Assembly (NCBI GenBank): GCA_964508365.1 | Contig: CAZDTP010000013.1 | Coordinates: forward strand, 8,290 to 72,289 | Length of the DNA: 64,000 bases | Reading direction: 5' to 3' | From: an uncultured archaeon | GTDB lineage: Archaea > Asgardarchaeota > Lokiarchaeia > Sigyniarchaeales > SOKP01 | Shown here: piece after piece, positions 59,835 through 64,000 of the stretch | Position numbering within the stretch: position 1 is the first letter of the stretch | How the letters are laid out: the number at the start of each line of letters is the position of its first letter | Program-made: the position numbers and the translations under genes | The notes under the pieces: model-generated | The model's database searches: none | Told to the model about the DNA's origin: nothing | What the model saw: only the letters and a program-made list of their open reading frames with translations

Positions 59835-62800
59835 ATGACAACAACTAACGAAAATTTATCTCATTCAGACATAAAATATAATTGCTTAATTGGTTCCACT
59901 CCTGATGTTATAGGAGAATTAGAATTAGACGGAACAATTAGTTTTATTAGCCCACAAGTTCATGATATATTGGGTTATCATCAAGATGAGATGATTGGAG
60001 CAAATATCATTAAACTTACACATCCTGATGATGTTCCAGTTATAACTAAGGTTATGAAAAAAGCAATTAAGTCAAAAGAAGTTGTGATCCCCAAATTGAG
60101 ACTTAAAAATAAACAAGGTAATTATATTCTTGTATTCGTAATGGGGAAATTAATAAAATTGACTGATAAACCGAAATTAATAGGCGTTATAAGAGATATC
60201 ACCAAAATCTATGAAACTGAAAAAAAACTAGAGGAATCTCAAAACATCTTTGAGCAATTAAATGAAGTTTTCTTGAAATTCAAAGAAGACCCAATCATTA
60301 ATTTACAACTTCTTGTAAACAATGCAGGTTTACTTCTAAACGCAGACTGTGCGTTATTCAATATTATTAAAAGAGTAAATGGAAAAGACGTTTTAGAATC
60401 GCTTGTAACTTATAACGAACCTCCTAATTTCACTCGAGAGAGCGATCCAAAAGGTCACATTTGCACGGATATAATCAAAGATAATCCTGATGATGTCGTG
60501 ATTTTAAGAAACTTAGATAAAACTGATTACATGAAAACTGATGAAAATGTTCGAAATTATGGTTTAAAACAATATGTAAGTTACGTCGTAAGATTTAACA
60601 ATAAACCAACAGCTACTTTTTGCGTGGTATATACAGAAAACCGAGAAATGAGCAATAATGATATATCTGTTCTCCATATTTTGTCAAAATCGGCATCGAC
60701 TGAACTTGCGAGATGGAATTCTCAAATTGAACTACAAGAATCAGAAGAAAAATATCGATCGTTAGTTGAAGGTCTAGATGAGGCTTTATACCGGATGTCT
60801 TTACCTGATGGGAATTACACTTATTTTAGTCCCGCTGCAAAACAAGTGTTTGGATATAGTTCAAAAGATTTTCTCAATAATCCAATGTTCATAAAAAAAA
60901 TAAGTCATCCCGATTTTATTGATTATTTTAAGGAAAAATGGGCTGACTTGTTAAAAGGTAATGTGCCCCGAACGTACGAGTATAAAATAATCGATTCCGA
61001 TAATAACGAGAGATGGATAAAACAATCTAATAAAATGATATTTGACAGCGACGGGAATTTTAGTGCAATTGAAGGGCTTTGTAGGAACATAACCGAGCGT
61101 AAGGAGGCTGGACAAAAATTAAGAGAATCCGAGGATAAATATAAGAATCTATTTGATCAATCCCCTTTTGCTATAGTATTGATCGACCAAGACGGAAGGA
61201 TTGAGGATTTCAATGCTCAGACTGAAAATTTACTTGGTTACACAAATGAAGAAATTGTAGGCAAAGATTTTCGTAAATTAAATATCTTTTCGCACGATAA
61301 TTTACCAAATTTAACTCGAAGTTTCAAAAAATTTATTAAAACTGGAGTTCCAGAGTCCTCTGAGTTTCAAATCTATAAAAAAGATGGGACTTCGACCTGG
61401 ATCAGGTCTTATCCAATCGTAGTTAAAATTGCAGGATCTTCTTATATTTTAGCTACACTCCAGGATTTAACACAAAGTAAAAAGTCCGAAGAGCAAATAT
61501 ACTACCAAGCTAGTCTTATTGAAAATGTATCTGATGCTATAATCTCTACAGATATTGATTTTAACATTCTTAGCTGGAATAAAGCTGCAGAAAAAATCTA
61601 TGGCTGGTCTGCCAAGGAGGTTATAGGGAAAAATGTTCGCGAGACGATTCACGTTGAATACCCCTATGATGAAGAAAAAACAGTATTGGAGACATTCTTT
61701 AGAGAAGGATTTTGGCAAGGCGAGGTAATTCAGCCTAAAAAAGATAATTCAAAGATACCGGTTTACAGTTCTATCAAATTACTTAAAGATGCTATAGGGA
61801 ATCCAATAGGAGCAGTTGCAATTAATCATGATATTTCTGATTTAAAAAAAACAGAAGAAAAATTAAAAGAATCTGAGGAAAAATTCAGAAATATTACAGA
61901 GCAAAATCTAATGGGAATTGGGATCTTACAGGATAATACTCTTAAATATCTTAATAAAGCAATGGCAGATATATATGGATATTCCGTAGAAGAAGTGTTA
62001 AATTGGGAGCCAATGGAGTTTTTAAAAATTTTTGCTCCCGATACATTAGAAATTGCAAAGGAACAAGGATTAAAGAAACAAACAGGAGATCCAACTCAAG
62101 TAATTCATTATATAGTTCACGGAGTTAAAAAAACAGGTGAACTGATTTGGGTCGATAATTTCTCTAGATCAATAACTTTTGAAGGTCGTCCAGCAGATTT
62201 AGTATCTCAAATAGATATTACAGAGCAAAGGATCTCAGAACAAAAATTAATTGAATCAGAATCAAAATTCCGCAAAACAGTTGAAAACAGTCCAGATTAT
62301 ATACTATTTATAAATTATGAGGGAATCATAGTTGATGTTAATCGCCTTGAAAAAGGATTTGCAAAAAATTTGGTTCTTGGTCAAAGTGTTTTTAATGAAA
62401 CATTTTATGAAAAAAAGAGTCAATGCGAATCTGCCCGAAAAGCGATTAATGACTCAATAATCCATGATAAAACAGCAAGCTATGAATATTCACAAATAGC
62501 CCCAGATGGATCATTTTCGTTTTATGAAACTAGAGTATCTCCTTTTGAACATGATAAAGAAAACAACATTATATCTCTTCAACTCGCAACTCGAGACATT
62601 ACTGATAGGAGGAAGACAGAGCAGAGTTTAAAGGAATCGGAAGAAAAATACCGATATTTTTTTGATAATGCACTGGTAGGACTCTTTTGGTCAAGAATTA
62701 CCGATGGTAAATTTATAGAGTGCAACGATACTTTTGCCAGATTATTTGGATATAACACTCGAGAGGAATATTTAGCAGATTATATCGCTATCGAGCATTA

Positions 62801-64000
62801 TGTGAAATTAAAAGATCGGGATGAAATGATAGAAAAAATAAAGGTGAATGGTGACATAAAGAATTGCGAAATACAAGTTTCTAAGAGAGATGGCACTCCC
62901 TATTGGGCTAATATCTCTGCCCGGATAAATGTAGAAGAAAATCGCATTGAAGGTGCTGCCACTGATATTACGGAGCGCAAAGAAGTTGAAAGGGAGATAA
63001 AGGAACGTGTAAAAGAATTAACATGTCTTTATAAGCTTACCAAAATTTCAGGAGAGAAAAATTTAGACACAGAATCATTTCTTATAGAAGCTATCAATAT
63101 AATTATCCCAACTTGGCAGTTCCCAGAATTATTATGGGTTAAAATTACAGTAGAAGGAAAAGAATTCAAATCAGATAACTATAAGGAAACTAAGTGGAGC
63201 CAAAGTTCGAAGATACGTATTGATAATAAAGCAATAGGAGAAATTGAAGTAGGGTATCTAGTAGAAACTCCAATCTTTGACGAAGGTCCATTTTTAAAGG
63301 AAGAGAGAAATTTAATTAATGGTATCTCAGATTTTATATCTAGAATACTCGAACTTAAGCTATCTGAGCAAAGCTTAAATCAATCCGAAGCTAAGTATCG
63401 AATCATTACAGAGCAATCACTTATGGGCATCGCTATTTTACAAGATAATCGGCTAATGTACGTAAATACAGAATTAGCTGACATATTCGAATATACGCCT
63501 GAAGAAATGGAAAAATGGAAAGAAAACGAATATGCGAAAGTAATTCATCCTGATGACAGGAAAATGGTTCTAGAACAAGCCAGAAGAAAGCAATTAGGAT
63601 TACCTGGTGCCTTTATTCATTATCAATTCAGAGCTCTTACAAAAAGTGGTAAAGTCAAATGGTTAGAAATTTATTCACAAACCATGAAACAACTTGGAGA
63701 AAACGCGGATTTAATAACTTTAATTGACATAACCGAGAGAAAAGAGGCAGAACAAAAACTAAAAGATTTGATAGAAGCTGTACCTATGGGAATTACCATA
63801 AGCAATCCAAATGGAGATTTATTTGATGTTAATTCATACTCAATTAAAATATTCGGTTTTGATTCAAAAGAAGAATTTCTAAAAACACCTGCTACACATT
63901 TTTACGCTGATCCTGCGGATAGGCATCGCTATGTACATTTACTTAAAAACGGACCTGTAAGGGAATTTGAGACAAAACTCAAGAAAAAGGATGGAACATT
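59835..64000 (+). CDS. Giant multi-PAS/GAF sensor (probable histidine kinase), runs off the window end
   Basis: ATG 59835; my hand translation stays in frame to the end (>1388 codons; frame spot-checked at several points). At least nine PAS/PAC units (ESEEK.R...DIT.RK) and two GAF-like segments. Not in the ORF track because it has no stop codon in the window. Confidence 0.88.
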   Translation, partial: MTTTNENLSHSDIKYNCLIGSTPDVIGELELDGTISFISPQVHDILGYHQDEMIGANIIKLTHPDDVPVITKVMKKAIKSKEVVIPKLRLKNKQGNYILVFVMGKLIKLTDKPKLIGVIRDITKIYETEKKLEESQNIFEQLNEVFLKFKEDPIINLQLLVNNAGLLLNADCALFNIIKRVNGKDVLESLVTYNEPPNFTRESDPKGHICTDIIKDNPDDVVILRNLDKTDYMKTDENVRNYGLKQYVSYVVRFNNKPTATFCVVYTENREMSNNDISVLHILSKSASTELARWNSQIELQESEEKYRSLVEGLDEALYRMSLPDGNYTYFSPAAKQVFGYSSKDFLNNPMFIKKISHPDFIDYFKEKWADLLKGNVPRTYEYKIIDSDNNERWIKQSNKMIFDSDGNFSAIEGLCRNITERKEAGQKLRESEDKYKNLFDQSPFAIVLIDQDGRIEDFNAQTENLLGYTNEEIVGKDFRKLNIFSHDNLPNLTRSFKKFIKTGVPESSEFQIYKKDGTSTWIRSYPIVVKIAGSSYILATLQDLTQSKKSEEQIYYQASLIENVSDAIISTDIDFNILSWNKAAEKIYGWSAKEVIGKNVRETIHVEYPYDEEKTVLETFFREGFWQGEVIQPKKDNSKIPVYSSIKLLKDAIGNPIGAVAINHDISDLKKTEEKLKESEEKFRNITEQNLMGIGILQDNTLKYLNKAMADIYGYSVEEVLNWEPMEFLKIFAPDTLEIAKEQGLKKQTGDPTQVIHYIVHGVKKTGELIWVDNFSRSITFEGRPADLVSQIDITEQRISEQKLIESESKFRKTVENSPDYILFINYEGIIVDVNRLEKGFAKNLVLGQSVFNETFYEKKSQCESARKAINDSIIHDKTASYEYSQIAPDGSFSFYETRVSPFEHDKENNIISLQLATRDITDRRKTEQSLKESEEKYRYFFDNALVGLFWSRITDGKFIECNDTFARLFGYNTREEYLADYIAIEHYVKLKDRDEMIEKIKVNGDIKNCEIQVSKRDGTPYWANISARINVEENRIEGAATDITERKEVEREIKERVKELTCLYKLTKISGEKNLDTESFLIEAINIIIPTWQFPELLWVKITVEGKEFKSDNYKETKWSQSSKIRIDNKAIGEIEVGYLVETPIFDEGPFLKEERNLINGISDFISRILELKLSEQSLNQSEAKYRIITEQSLMGIAILQDNRLMYVNTELADIFEYTPEEMEKWKENEYAKVIHPDDRKMVLEQARRKQLGLPGAFIHYQFRALTKSGKVKWLEIYSQTMKQLGENADLITLIDITERKEAEQKLKDLIEAVPMGITISNPNGDLFDVNSYSIKIFGFDSKEEFLKTPATHFYADPADRHRYVHLLKNGPVREFETKLKKKDGT

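Noticed and set aside
1105-61718. Short antisense/overlapping ORFs in the track (e.g. 1583..1948, 6809..7054, 11053..11349, 16019..16291, 32457..32996, 38470..38700, 49479..49775, 61467..61718)
   Set aside because: They lie within well-supported genes on the other strand or frame and have no motifs; treated as shadow ORFs.
1-64000. tRNA, rRNA, CRISPR array, transposase or integrase
   Set aside because: No GC-rich cloverleaf or rRNA-like stretch, no regularly spaced repeats, and no DDE, Y1 or tyrosine-recombinase motifs seen by eye.

Overview
AT-rich archaeal chromosomal segment, most consistent with an Asgard archaeon (Lokiarchaeia-like). This is an inference from roadblock/longin-domain proteins, Rab- and Rag-like small GTPases and an archaeal mevalonate pathway. 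Left to right it contains: a DedA protein; a methyltransferase locus (two non-pyrrolysine MttB-family genes, a corrinoid protein, a Cys/Met-metabolism PLP enzyme, an MFS transporter); two tandem multi-TM/longin-like proteins; trmO; two orphan DNA methyltransferases around a roadblock-GTPase fusion; a Rag-like GTPase and a SelB-like protein; a phosphodiesterase/GH38/HD trio; a ~15 kb isoprenoid cluster (GGR, prenyl synthase, UbiX, Fni, IPK, MVK, AcnX pair, UbiD, class II HMGR, HMGS with a DUF35-like tail, uppS) interrupted by two orphan ORFs and a vapBC pair; a solenoid/GCS2-ligase/amidohydrolase operon; more GTPase and longin genes; and a 16 kb cytoplasmic two-component island ending in a >1388-codon PAS/GAF sensor that the ORF track missed. 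The most striking observation is a 30-nt, stop-containing hairpin insertion that splits the catalytic DGNRRW motif of uppS. It has the dimensions of an archaeal bulge-helix-bulge motif (central helix imperfect), and cutting at the canonical positions restores D-G-N-R-R-W exactly, making it a candidate mRNA intron. I saw no rRNA, tRNA, CRISPR array or transposase. All family calls come from motif recognition by eye; no searches were run.
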